From: an uncultured delta proteobacterium
Lineage (GTDB): Bacteria > Desulfobacterota > Syntrophia > Syntrophales > UBA2192
Direction of reading: 5' to 3'
Assembly (NCBI GenBank): GCA_963705165.1
Contig: CAVPJD010000031.1
Coordinates: forward strand, 1 to 64,000
Length of the DNA: 64,000 nt
The notes under the pieces were generated by a model, which ran no database searches, was not told the DNA's origin, and saw nothing but the letters and a program-made list of their open reading frames with translations. Below, one piece after another: positions 53,491 to 63,066 of this stretch. Both the position numbers and the translations under genes were made by a program. Within the stretch, counting starts at the first letter, position 1; every line of letters begins with the position of its first letter.

Positions 53491-54301
53491 GAACTACCTG
53501 TGCGCGATCAGAAGCTTTGTGCTGTGGCTCGATGTGCCGATCGAGCACGTCACGCACTCCAAGGTCTCGCACTACATCGACGAGCTGATGAGGCGGCGCC
53601 TGAAGCCCAAGAGCATCAACTGCCAGCTCAACGTCATCCGGCAGTTCTATCACTTTCTGCGGGACGAGGGCGTCCTGGACATCGCAAACCCGGTGAAAAA
53701 CACGCATGCCCTGAAGATGTCGCGGCCGCTGCCCCGGCACCTGAAGGACGAGCAGGTCGAGAGCTTCTTCCAGATCATCACTCGACCGCGCGACCGGGCC
53801 ATGTTCATGCTGATGGTTCGCTGCGGGCTGCGGGTCGAGGAGGTCGCCCAGTTGACGCTCGGGGCTGTGGACTACAAACACCGGAAGCTTCTGATCGAGG
53901 ACGGCAAAGGCGGAAAGGACCGCATCGTGTATTTGAGTCAGGATGCCTGCCAGGCGCTTGTGGCCTATCTTCGGGTGCGGCCCTCATCGCGAACTCGTCG
54001 GATCTTTCTCGTGGAGAAGGGCCCTTGCACGGGCCAGCCGATCTCGATTCGCGGCATTCAGAAGCGCATGGAGCACTATGGCCGCAAGACGAAGCTTCGC
54101 GTCTCCTGTCATCAGCTGCGCCACACAATGGCCACGCAGCTGCTCAATGCCGATGCCGACCTGTGCACGATCCAGGACCTCCTCGGGCACAGCAACGTCA
54201 AAACCACGCAACGCTACTGCAGGGTGTCAAACCTGAAAGTGCAGCGGGATTACTTCAAGGCCATGGAGGCGATCATGAGACAAAACATAGACAGCACTTG
54301 A
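53423..54301 (+). CDS. Tyrosine recombinase (Xer-like), second of pair
   Basis: SPNTVKNY core-binding region, CGLRVEE, GKGGK, HQLRHTMAT, LLGHS, TQRY. Confidence 0.93.
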   Translation: MTDAIIHWRRYLKRRNCSPNTVKNYLCAIRSFVLWLDVPIEHVTHSKVSHYIDELMRRRLKPKSINCQLNVIRQFYHFLRDEGVLDIANPVKNTHALKMSRPLPRHLKDEQVESFFQIITRPRDRAMFMLMVRCGLRVEEVAQLTLGAVDYKHRKLLIEDGKGGKDRIVYLSQDACQALVAYLRVRPSSRTRRIFLVEKGPCTGQPISIRGIQKRMEHYGRKTKLRVSCHQLRHTMATQLLNADADLCTIQDLLGHSNVKTTQRYCRVSNLKVQRDYFKAMEAIMRQNIDST

Positions 54302-54486
54302 TGAACAGGAAAAAGGATGAGATGGTAAACAGGACTTAACAAACCAGAATCCGTGAGAAAAACAGACTTTGTTACGTATAGCACCTACAAGTATTCGCTT
54401 CCGGATCACGGCCGTTACGAGTGATTACCGAGAGAAATAGACAAAAAAGGCATGGCCATTTCTGACCCTGCCTTTCAGTCGCTTTT

Positions 54487-55233
54487 TTATTTATAGGTTT
54501 TCAGAATCTTTTCCGTCGTGCCCTCCTTCTGCAAATCCGTGAGTGCATTTTCGACAGCTGCTATCACGTTTTGGGGCACTTGTTTGGTGAACATGATGTA
54601 TTGATAAGCTGCATCAAAGGGTTTGTTCGCCAGGACGATCTGCTTCGAGAAACCACCATCTTTAATGTCCCATCCCAAACCGAGATCATGATAAAACACC
54701 AAATCAATCTCGCGCTCGCGCAGTTTCAACAGGCTTTCGTGAATCGTTGCAGCCTCCACTTGCCGAATGTCAGGCATTTTCGCGATCAACTCATTGATTG
54801 CGGCTCCGCGCAGCACTCCCACGCGCTTGCCCCGAACTGACATCTCCCCCGTATATTCAAAGGGATCAGAAGCTAACTTAGCGAACTGACCGCGGACTCC
54901 ATAGACAGGAACGGATGCGAAGACGAAAGCCTTCTCACGGGCTGGGGATTTCATCAATCCTACAAATAGACTCATTTCATTGTTTTCCATCATCGTGTTG
55001 ATCCGAGCCAATGAATAAGTTCCCGTTGGTTCGATGCGGATGTTCTGCTTTGCAAGCTTTTCATTTAGGGCATTGATCAAATCAATGCATATCCCTTTAT
55101 TTTTTCCCCCATCTACAAAGTACCGTGGGGGACTATCTTGCTGATATCCAGTCCGGAGTACAGTTTCTGCGCTCCATCCAAAGCTTGTGAACACAAGCGT
55201 GCCCAGGACGACATACATGATAATTCGTTTCAT
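54487..55233 (-). CDS. Periplasmic solute-binding protein (family 3)
   Basis: Signal peptide, PPRYF..GICIDL, GKRVGVLRG, EGTTEKILKTY. Confidence 0.8.
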   Translation of the reverse strand: MKRIIMYVVLGTLVFTSFGWSAETVLRTGYQQDSPPRYFVDGGKNKGICIDLINALNEKLAKQNIRIEPTGTYSLARINTMMENNEMSLFVGLMKSPAREKAFVFASVPVYGVRGQFAKLASDPFEYTGEMSVRGKRVGVLRGAAINELIAKMPDIRQVEAATIHESLLKLREREIDLVFYHDLGLGWDIKDGGFSKQIVLANKPFDAAYQYIMFTKQVPQNVIAAVENALTDLQKEGTTEKILKTYK

Positions 55234-55289
55234 GATAGTGCCCTCCTTCCTTGTGACTTATTGATTAAGTAGGCTTTTAAGATGGGTAG

Positions 55290-55787
55290 TTATTTAACCC
55301 GCTCCCACACAATATCTAATTTTCTGAGCTTGCCATCTAGCGCTCCGATTGTAGGTTCCGCGCTGTGTATCATCCGATTCCCCTCGAACCTGACGGTCCG
55401 CACTTGGACGGTGCCATTCCAGCTTTCATTCCAGGAAATATCCACCTTGATCTTAAGGGTCTTCCCATCGAAGGTGTAAGTCCCACCGTAGGCAATGATG
55501 GTCTTATAGAGCTCCACCAGGTCCTTGTCAGTCATCTTTGTCACATCAGGGATATTGGGCCGCTTGTCAGTAATTATACAAAGCACACGGCCGTCCCTCC
55601 CATACATGATATAGCCTTTGGGTGCCTTTCCGAATACATCCGACGTTTCACCCGTTGCCACAATCGTCCTCTTCCAGCTGACCAATTGCCATGTCCCGTA
55701 CAGCTCATCTGCGGCAAGAGCTGAAGCGGATACGAACAGCACCAAGAGCAATCCCACGAGAAGCGATATTGCCTTCGTCGAAGTCAT
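55290..55787 (-). CDS. Exported lipocalin-like domain protein
   Basis: Signal peptide ..ALA|A, LYGTWQLVS, GYIMY..DG, AYGGTY, WERVK. Confidence 0.82.
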   Translation of the reverse strand: MTSTKAISLLVGLLLVLFVSASALAADELYGTWQLVSWKRTIVATGETSDVFGKAPKGYIMYGRDGRVLCIITDKRPNIPDVTKMTDKDLVELYKTIIAYGGTYTFDGKTLKIKVDISWNESWNGTVQVRTVRFEGNRMIHSAEPTIGALDGKLRKLDIVWERVK

Positions 55788-56164
55788 GGTCGTGTCCTCC
55801 ATTCTGTTAGAAAGTCGGTCTATTGAAGTCAGGAGAGGGCGCTTCAAGAAAAGTAGATAGAAAAGGCCCCAATGGGTGAATCCCCAAAGGGCCGCTCACA
55901 TGGGCACCTTCCGGTAACTCCTATACATACTGCACACCAGAAGGTTAAAGGGGAAATAGATGGATTGATGGATTTCGGATGGGTCTTTTTCGAGAAATAT
56001 GCTCTTAATTATTTGGAGAGTCAAGGAGATAAATCGCTATAGGAAGAGCCGTCTTTTGAAAACGCAAGTGCATGATTTACGGGTGAAATGGGGTATTTCA
56101 AGGGAAGAGCTTAAAAACACGAGTACAGGAAGAAAGAGACCTTGTCGGGATTTCGTTTACCCGA

Positions 56165-57388
56165 CTATTTAAATCGGTTGAAGACTGCGTGATCAAGGAT
56201 GATCTGGGCTGCACGCCGTGCCCCATCAGTGCGTATCTTCGCATGAGTTACCGCACGACCGATATTTTCGACGATCGCATCCGCTAGTAAGGAGGGGGTC
56301 GTTTGTCCTTGGGTCATTTTCACGCCTGCCCCTTGCCGAGACAGGCGATTAGCAATGATAATTTCTTGTTCAGCATGGCCTTCAATGGGGAAGAAAAGGA
56401 AAGGTCGTCGCAGAGCAGTTATCTCTATTGTTGTTGTACCTCCTCCTTGCACGATGGCAAGGTCACAGACGGCTAAATGCTTGTAAAGCTCCGGTACCAT
56501 GCCATGCCGCTCGATACCTTGAGGAACATCGAGCGTAGCAGGGTCTATTCGCGGCCCACACACCAGAACCATTCTTAAGCCAGGAAGGCGCTGCGAGGCT
56601 ATCGGGTAAGCACGGCCGCAGAGCTCGAGCAGCGAACGTCCCACCGCTGTGCCACCGACTGTACAGACCACGAGCGGTTCAGACCCATAGCCTAGCGCTG
56701 TGCTAACGCTTGCCCTGTCCTTGATCTGGTCGAGGTCGAAGCCAAGTGGATAACCGACAAATTCTATATGGTTCTCCGCATATCGGCGTCTGTTTGGCAG
56801 AAACATTCCAAATGGCTGGTCAGGCACATCTTCCAGTTCACCGAAGAAGATGGCTTTGTTGTTCTGCTTTGCCGTGATCCGTCCCTCCTGTGACCAGACA
56901 AAATTCAGTCCCCAGGCGCCGAGCCGCTCGATTGGATTGTTCGTGGTCTTATCCAGGCCGTAGAAGTCATACATCATTATGAATGGTATATCGTCTGGCA
57001 ACACCTTCATCCCTAAAACGTATGCGACGATGACCTCGTAAGTTTCATTGCCAATAATGGCATTATATTGGCCACACTTTGCCGCTTCACCAAGCACCCT
57101 GGCATTGTGGAGCCAGCATCCGAGTGCGCGATATACATACTTTGTGAGGCTGAGATGTCCCCCATGGGCTGCCGCTTCAGCCTGATCCGTCTCGCATTGG
57201 TACTTCATAAATTCAGGCGCTAGGATCTCTCCTTTGGCGGCTAGCACATCAGAGGCGGGCGACCCGGCCAGCCAATAAAGTTCTATGCGGGGTTCCATTG
57301 CACGCAGTTGGTGGGCAATAGCCAGATCGCGAGCTACATGTCCAAGCCCGATAGACCCGCTCACATAAAGCATGCGGATGGCATTCAT
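56165..57388 (-). CDS. GT-B fold glycosyltransferase (GT28 C-terminal-like)
   Basis: GLGHVAR, TVGG, DLAIVQGGGTTTIE, HAEQ. Confidence 0.8.
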   Translation of the reverse strand: MNAIRMLYVSGSIGLGHVARDLAIAHQLRAMEPRIELYWLAGSPASDVLAAKGEILAPEFMKYQCETDQAEAAAHGGHLSLTKYVYRALGCWLHNARVLGEAAKCGQYNAIIGNETYEVIVAYVLGMKVLPDDIPFIMMYDFYGLDKTTNNPIERLGAWGLNFVWSQEGRITAKQNNKAIFFGELEDVPDQPFGMFLPNRRRYAENHIEFVGYPLGFDLDQIKDRASVSTALGYGSEPLVVCTVGGTAVGRSLLELCGRAYPIASQRLPGLRMVLVCGPRIDPATLDVPQGIERHGMVPELYKHLAVCDLAIVQGGGTTTIEITALRRPFLFFPIEGHAEQEIIIANRLSRQGAGVKMTQGQTTPSLLADAIVENIGRAVTHAKIRTDGARRAAQIILDHAVFNRFK

Positions 57389-58308
57389 TCTAAACTCCTG
57401 CTGTTTGATTGCCTACCTACCACTTACGACATTGGGAATTTGACATGGCAATAAATATTAGCATTTGGCCAAAATTCAAAAGCCTCCAAGAAGGCTTTTA
57501 CTCCTCTTGGAGGCTTCACAGGACCATTTTTTGGTAACCCCACCTTATCATTTTACGCCTCAAACGGTTAGAGGTTGGGTTGGGGGCTACTGCATAGGTA
57601 GTATGGGAAACAGGGTTTTAAAATACTCTCAATGTGCACAACAGGGACAATGCAGAACCGTTTCTGACCGTGCCCGCATGAGCGGCGTATTCGCTTCCAT
57701 ATTGTTTAGTAAAATGGTGACGTATTGGACGTATACACTTGCGAAAATGCTTTATCAGCGAATGCAGGAAAATGAAGATCCTAACGAAGAGGCGTCTGAA
57801 TTGAAAAAGCTAAAAAGAAGGGATAGTAGAAGAGTAATTTTCTTAAGAAGAATATACACTTGATTACTCAATTGTCAATTCGTCTAATGCTTAACCATAT
57901 CAACAGGCTACACCCTTGATTTCCACTTGAAGTGTTGAATAAATGAGAAATTAGGATAAGTAACGCTTCCAGGAAGGCAGGGGCAAGGATTCGGCTAGAA
58001 TCCACCGCACGGATCGAATCCCACATCAGCCCTATTTTATTACAGTTTTAAGATAAGTGGGGCCGGGTTCTGGGTCGACTTCATCAGCACCGTCCGGCCC
58101 CTTGCCTTTCCCTGCCGAGGGCGTATATTAATTATAGAAGAGTGAAAGCCCGCTTACCCCTGGGGTCCATCTGCCGATCCGGATCCCTTCTCGTTGCACA
58201 TCCTCTTTCGGTCGTTGCCGGTTTCTCCATTCCTACAGATAGTGATTGGCTTCTTTCCGGTTTCCCCGGGCGGGCATATTGCCCCGGCGGGCTCGAGGAG
58301 GTGTCGCC

Positions 58309-58467
58309 ATGACATTGACGTGTGTCGAATGCGGAAGGCTCGTGTCGAAGCTCAACAATGAGAAAAAGTGCGAGGAGTGCGCCAAGAAGGACGAATCCAT
58401 GAAGTCCTACTTCACGAAACTCTTCTTCATCAACCCGGGCTGCGCGAGACTGGTGCCGGTAACCTGA
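58309..58467 (+). CDS. Small CxxC-CxxC zinc-finger protein (52 aa)
   Basis: GAGGAGGTG RBS; CVEC..CEEC. Confidence 0.65.
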   Translation: MTLTCVECGRLVSKLNNEKKCEECAKKDESMKSYFTKLFFINPGCARLVPVT

Positions 58468-58573
58468 TCCTACTGCACTTTGTTGCCTGTAGTTTATTCC
58501 ACTACTCGGCCTTTCTGGCTGAAGGGGAATTTCCGGGCCGCAGCCTGAAAGATCATAAAGGAGGTAGCTGGTC

Positions 58574-58828
58574 ATGAAAGACGCATCCATGGATATTTTG
58601 CGGTTCTGGAAGACGCAATGGGAAGCTTACATGAAGACAATGGCGGCCATGCAGGAACAGGGGGAGACTATGCTGGAGATGATCCAGAAAAGTGGTGTGC
58701 TGCAAGAAGGGTCACTAAATATGGTCAGGGCGTGGGCGAAAAAATACAAGGAAATCCAGAAGTCTTATCTTGATGCGGTTGAAGACCACTTTCAGAAACT
58801 CGACGATATTATTGGGGGTGCTCCCTGA
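58574..58828 (+). CDS. Small helical protein (possibly phasin-like)
   Basis: AGGAGG RBS; amphipathic helical sequence; family call tentative. Confidence 0.65.
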   Translation: MKDASMDILRFWKTQWEAYMKTMAAMQEQGETMLEMIQKSGVLQEGSLNMVRAWAKKYKEIQKSYLDAVEDHFQKLDDIIGGAP

Positions 58829-59126
58829 GGTGGACAAAATTTGTTAGAGAACGGACAGGACGAAGGCAGAGTCGATTGGCTCTGCCTTTTGCTTTTCTGC
58901 CGATTATTGATTGTAATCTTCTGCTCTGCAGAAAAATCCATTTTATCGAGTACAGGAAGCACTTGATTAGGACCATCAACGAGCGGGGGCTGCCATCATG
59001 ATCGCCCGGGTATTCCTGATCCGCGGGCACAGGCGGGGTGAACAGAAGGTTCGAGGATAAAGGCTCCAGGATCGAGGTTTTTTCTTTGTCCCTCAGTCCT
59101 CGTGCCTCGGACCTCGAACCTTTTTT

Positions 59127-59762
59127 CTATGCCAGTTCCTTCCGGCTGGACAGCAGTCTCTGCAGAGCCGTCAGGTTCGTGAGTACGGCAAGGATGACGA
59201 TCGCCCCCTTGAGGGTGCAGTCCTGGCAGCCTCCCAGGAGGTAATGATTGATCGGGCCGTTGAGGACCGTCCCGGCGATGAGCAGGATGATGCGCTCGGG
59301 GCGCTGCATGAGGCCCCTGAATTCCTTCTGCCCCAGGCCCTCGGCACGGGCCTTCACGTAGCTCACCATGATGGAGCCCATGAGGGCGAGCATTACCGTG
59401 ATGAACATCCAACCGCTGTTGAAGTAGAGCATCAGCCCGAAGTAGACGAAGAACTCCGAGCAGCGGTCGAGGGTGGAATCCAGGAGTGCGCCGAAGCGCG
59501 AGGCCTTGCCCGACAGGCGCGCCACGGTTCCGTCGAGGGGGTCCATGGCGGCCGAAAGCCACAGGACGAACCCGCCCAGGAAGATGGACCCCGTCGCAAA
59601 GAGCATCCCGGAGACGAAGGACAGGAGCATGCCGACGACGGTGATGTGGTTGGGCGAGATGCCGGCCTTCACAAGCGGCACGGATAACTTCTCGGCCAGC
59701 GCGTAGCCACGCTTTTCCATCCTCCGCCGGAAGCTGCCTTCCTCGTACGGCATCGATCTCAC
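59127..59762 (-). CDS. CDP-alcohol phosphatidyltransferase
   Basis: SPNHIT, DPLDGTVAR...GALLDSTLDR, SYVKARAE, RPER. Confidence 0.92.
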   Translation of the reverse strand: MRSMPYEEGSFRRRMEKRGYALAEKLSVPLVKAGISPNHITVVGMLLSFVSGMLFATGSIFLGGFVLWLSAAMDPLDGTVARLSGKASRFGALLDSTLDRCSEFFVYFGLMLYFNSGWMFITVMLALMGSIMVSYVKARAEGLGQKEFRGLMQRPERIILLIAGTVLNGPINHYLLGGCQDCTLKGAIVILAVLTNLTALQRLLSSRKELA

Positions 59763-59957
59763 GCCCTCATCGGTTCAATCATAACCTTCAAAGCCCCGGC
59801 ACGCACGGAGTATAGGGAATCCGCGGGGTGCTGTCCAGCGAAAACAGGCGGAAGCGGCGTGTCGCGGGTAGCGGGTAGCGTGTCGGGGAAATAGGGGGAT
59901 TTTCTGTCGGCTGTCCCCTCTTCACTGGCCACTGGTCACTATACCTGGCCCACAGGT

Positions 59958-61526
59958 TCACTGAGGGGTTAGCCGCTCCAACGATTGAAGCGCGTTGCGA
60001 GCTTCTTCCCTGCTCCCGAAGGGACCCACCAGGATGCGGTACCAGTCCTTCTGAGGCGCAACGCGTCTTTTCACGATTTCGACCCGGCCAAGATCGGAGC
60101 CGATCTTCCCGACATAGTCCCGTGCTTCACGGGACGTCATGAACGTGGCGGCATGGATGCCGAACGATCCGTCCGGGCGTTTCACGAGACGAGCTTTCCC
60201 CACGGCCTGCGGCAGAAGGACCTGACTGCCGGCCCTGACGAGATCGACGTCCGCGATCTCCGGGTTTGATTCCAGGATACAATCCAGGACGGTTGCGTTC
60301 ACGAGCCCGTAATGTCGGGTCGCGATGGACGAGAGGGTCTCCCCCTCCTTAACCGTGAGCTCGTTGACAGGAACATTTGCTTCTGTCGTTTCCTGCGCGA
60401 CCGATGCCGGTGCCGGGGCGGCAGGGGGTGCAGGTTGGGCTTCCGGTTTCTCAGCCGGCAAGCCGGGCGCTTGCGCTCCCTGCGTGGACGGCGCCTTGGC
60501 TACCTCGTCTGCTTCGGAGACTTTCTGGCTCGGCGCCGGCTGGACCACAGCGCTCCCGGGCGCAATGCCGGATTTAGGGCTCAGATAGTAGCTTCCCATG
60601 AAAACCCCGGCCACCGCGACGGCCAGGGCGGCATAAAGCCACGGGGACCGAAGGGCCGACTTCGCTGCGCCCGCGGTGACAGACGAGGAGGATGCCGCCC
60701 GGATCAGAGGCGCCGCAGCCTTGCGGGCATCTCCAACGGTCCCTGCGGATACGGGCTTCTCGGATCGCTCCGAGCCCAGGGTCAGGGCGCGGTCACACAG
60801 GGCATTGATGTTTTGGGGAACCCCGCCGGCATATTTGCAGATGGACGCCAGCGCCTCCGGCGTGAAGACATCGCCGCTGCTTCGGCCGGCCCAGGCCAGC
60901 CGATGTTCGATGTACTGCAGGGATTCATCATGGCCGATGGGAAGAAGACTGTGGAGGATCTGTATGCGCTGCCTGATCTGCCTCAGGTGCTTCGAATTCA
61001 GCCTCCGGCTCAGTTCGGGTTCACCGGCGATGACGATCTGGATCAGTTTGGTCCTGCTCGTTTCAAAGTTGGACAGGAGCCGCAGTTCTTCGATGATGTC
61101 ATCCTTCATCCTGTGCGCGTCGTCGAGAAAGATCACGAGATTCTGGCCTTTTTTCAGACACTGGGTCAGGTGTTCATAGAGCTCGTGGAGCATGGAGCCC
61201 TTGGTTACGTCTTTGGCGGCGCCTTTGGCAGCGCGCAGACCCAGCTTTTCCATGAGCTCCTTCAGCAGCGTGTAATACTGGTCATGCGATTGTGAGATCA
61301 GGGCAACCTGCGTCCGCTCGTCGAGCTGATCCATCACCTGCCGGAAGAGCGTGCTCTTCCCCATACCCTGCTCGCCGAAGATGACGATATAGCCCTTTCG
61401 TTCCCTGATGCCGTAGAGCATCAATGCCAGCGCTTCCTTGTGCGTCTCCGCCCGGAAGAAAACCTCGCGATCCGCTCCCTCCCCGAAAGGCATCCGGCTG
61501 AACCCGTAGTATTGCCCGTAATCCAT
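59958..61526 (-). CDS. ExeA-like AAA ATPase with TM, LysM and SPOR domains
   Basis: GEQGMGKST, LDDAH, GEPEL; VKEGETLSSIA (LysM); WYRILVGPF.SREEA (SPOR). Confidence 0.85.
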   Translation of the reverse strand: MDYGQYYGFSRMPFGEGADREVFFRAETHKEALALMLYGIRERKGYIVIFGEQGMGKSTLFRQVMDQLDERTQVALISQSHDQYYTLLKELMEKLGLRAAKGAAKDVTKGSMLHELYEHLTQCLKKGQNLVIFLDDAHRMKDDIIEELRLLSNFETSRTKLIQIVIAGEPELSRRLNSKHLRQIRQRIQILHSLLPIGHDESLQYIEHRLAWAGRSSGDVFTPEALASICKYAGGVPQNINALCDRALTLGSERSEKPVSAGTVGDARKAAAPLIRAASSSSVTAGAAKSALRSPWLYAALAVAVAGVFMGSYYLSPKSGIAPGSAVVQPAPSQKVSEADEVAKAPSTQGAQAPGLPAEKPEAQPAPPAAPAPASVAQETTEANVPVNELTVKEGETLSSIATRHYGLVNATVLDCILESNPEIADVDLVRAGSQVLLPQAVGKARLVKRPDGSFGIHAATFMTSREARDYVGKIGSDLGRVEIVKRRVAPQKDWYRILVGPFGSREEARNALQSLERLTPQ

Positions 61527-61655
61527 ATCCGTTGCTCCGCTCCCCGTTGAAAGAAAGACATGCGTCGACGGGCGGGACTTTCGCCCGCCGTCCCGTCGTG
61601 AACCCATTTTTTCATTAGTGGAAAATCCAAGCGTGAAGTCAACAAAAAAGAAACT

Positions 61656-62963
61656 TCAGACCTTCACGTGCAGCACGGGCAACGGCAGGTGCTTCCTCTT
61701 CGTCTCGCCGTAGAAGGTTGTCTGCTCGCGCACCGTCGGGGTGCCCCGCCTGCCCTTCCCGAACTTGTCGATGGGGTGGGCCGCGCCCAGGTGCAGGCAG
61801 TGCTTGCCGAACTTCTCGCGCATCTCGTCGACGGCCTCGTAGAGGTCGCGCACCTTGTCGGCCCGCATGGGGCTCTCGAAAAGGCTGTACTGGACGTTCC
61901 GGTCGGGCATCAGATCCACGAGGATGACGCCCGTGGCGCGGTAGAGGTCCTCCCTGCGGTAAAGCTCATCGAAGAGCCCCCGCAGGACATCGCACAGCTC
62001 GAGGGGGTGGGCCGAGGGGCGGGTGAGCTTCATCTCGCTTCCGCGGTACTCGAAGTCGTTCATCTTGAGAAAGCCGATGAGCTTGCGCGGCGCAAGGTGA
62101 TAGCGCCTTGCCTTCATGCAGGCCGACTCGAGGTTCCGGAGCAGTTGCGCAAAGAGATACTCGGGGTCGCTCGAGGACGGCGCGAAGGTCTTCGTCTTGC
62201 TGATGGAGGCGTAGTCGCTCTTCTCCTCGGCCGTGACGGGGTAGACCGATTCGCCGCGAAGCTCGCGCCAGATCTCCTGGCCGGGCTTGGTGAACTTCTT
62301 TTTCACCACGGCCTCCGGGAGCCTCGCGAACTCCAGGGCCGTCCTGATCCCCATCTTCCAGAGATAGTTCGTCGTGGCGGGGCCGATCCCCCAGATCTTC
62401 TCGACGGGCAGCTCCCCGATGAACTCGGGAATCCGACGTCCCGGGATCAGGGTGAGGCCCGCGGGCTTCTTGTGCTTGGAGGCCACCTTGGCGAGCACCT
62501 TGGAGAGCGAAAGGCCCACGGAGACCGTGATCCCCAGCTCGCGCTCGACCTCGCGCTTGATGTTGAAGGCAATCGTCTCGTAGGAGGAGTGCAGGGCCCG
62601 TCGCAGGCCCGTGAGATCGGCGAAGGCCTCATCGATGGAGTACTCCTCCACCTGGGGCGTAAAGCGACGGACGATGTTGTACATCCGCCGCGAAAAGAGG
62701 CTGTAGGTCTCGTAGTCCGAGGGCAGAACGATGAGCCCCGGGCAGATCTTTTTCGCCTCGTGCAGGGGAACGCCCCGCTTGACCCCCAGGGCCTTGGCGG
62801 CGTAGCTCGCGCAGGCCACGATCCCCCGCTCGCCCCCCGTGATGAGGGGCTTGCCCTTGAGCTCGGGGTGGATCGCCTCCTCGCAGGACGTGAAGAAGGC
62901 ATCGCCGTCGATGTGGAGAATGGCCTGCGGCCAGGAGCGGAGATTGACTAGAATTTCGTTCAT
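61656..62963 (-). CDS. dinB: Y-family DNA polymerase IV
   Basis: HIDGDAFF, SYAAK, SIDEAF, LAKVAS..KP, IWGIG. Confidence 0.92.
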   Translation of the reverse strand: MNEILVNLRSWPQAILHIDGDAFFTSCEEAIHPELKGKPLITGGERGIVACASYAAKALGVKRGVPLHEAKKICPGLIVLPSDYETYSLFSRRMYNIVRRFTPQVEEYSIDEAFADLTGLRRALHSSYETIAFNIKREVERELGITVSVGLSLSKVLAKVASKHKKPAGLTLIPGRRIPEFIGELPVEKIWGIGPATTNYLWKMGIRTALEFARLPEAVVKKKFTKPGQEIWRELRGESVYPVTAEEKSDYASISKTKTFAPSSSDPEYLFAQLLRNLESACMKARRYHLAPRKLIGFLKMNDFEYRGSEMKLTRPSAHPLELCDVLRGLFDELYRREDLYRATGVILVDLMPDRNVQYSLFESPMRADKVRDLYEAVDEMREKFGKHCLHLGAAHPIDKFGKGRRGTPTVREQTTFYGETKRKHLPLPVLHVKV

Positions 62964-63066
62964 AACGAAATTGGCTCAAGGCTTAAGGCGTAAGGCTCAA
63001 GGCGAAAAAAGACAACATCTTCCGTCTTGAGCCCTATGCCCTTAGCCTTTAGCCCTATGCCTCTCT

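Larger units (their letters stand above)
52267..54381 (+). mobile_element. Two-tyrosine-recombinase mobile element (2,115 bp)
   Basis: Perfect 14-bp IRs CTATACGTAACAAA (52267-52280) / TTTGTTACGTATAG (54368-54381) flanked by direct repeats CACCTAC (52260-52266, 54382-54388). Confidence 0.88.

Noticed and set aside
57465..57863. 132-aa ORF in the low-GC spacer
   Set aside because: TTG start, no RBS, no recognisable motif; at most a decayed fragment.
58140..58295. Possible 6S RNA
   Set aside because: The complementary blocks do not nest into one long rod; kept only as a possible structured leader.
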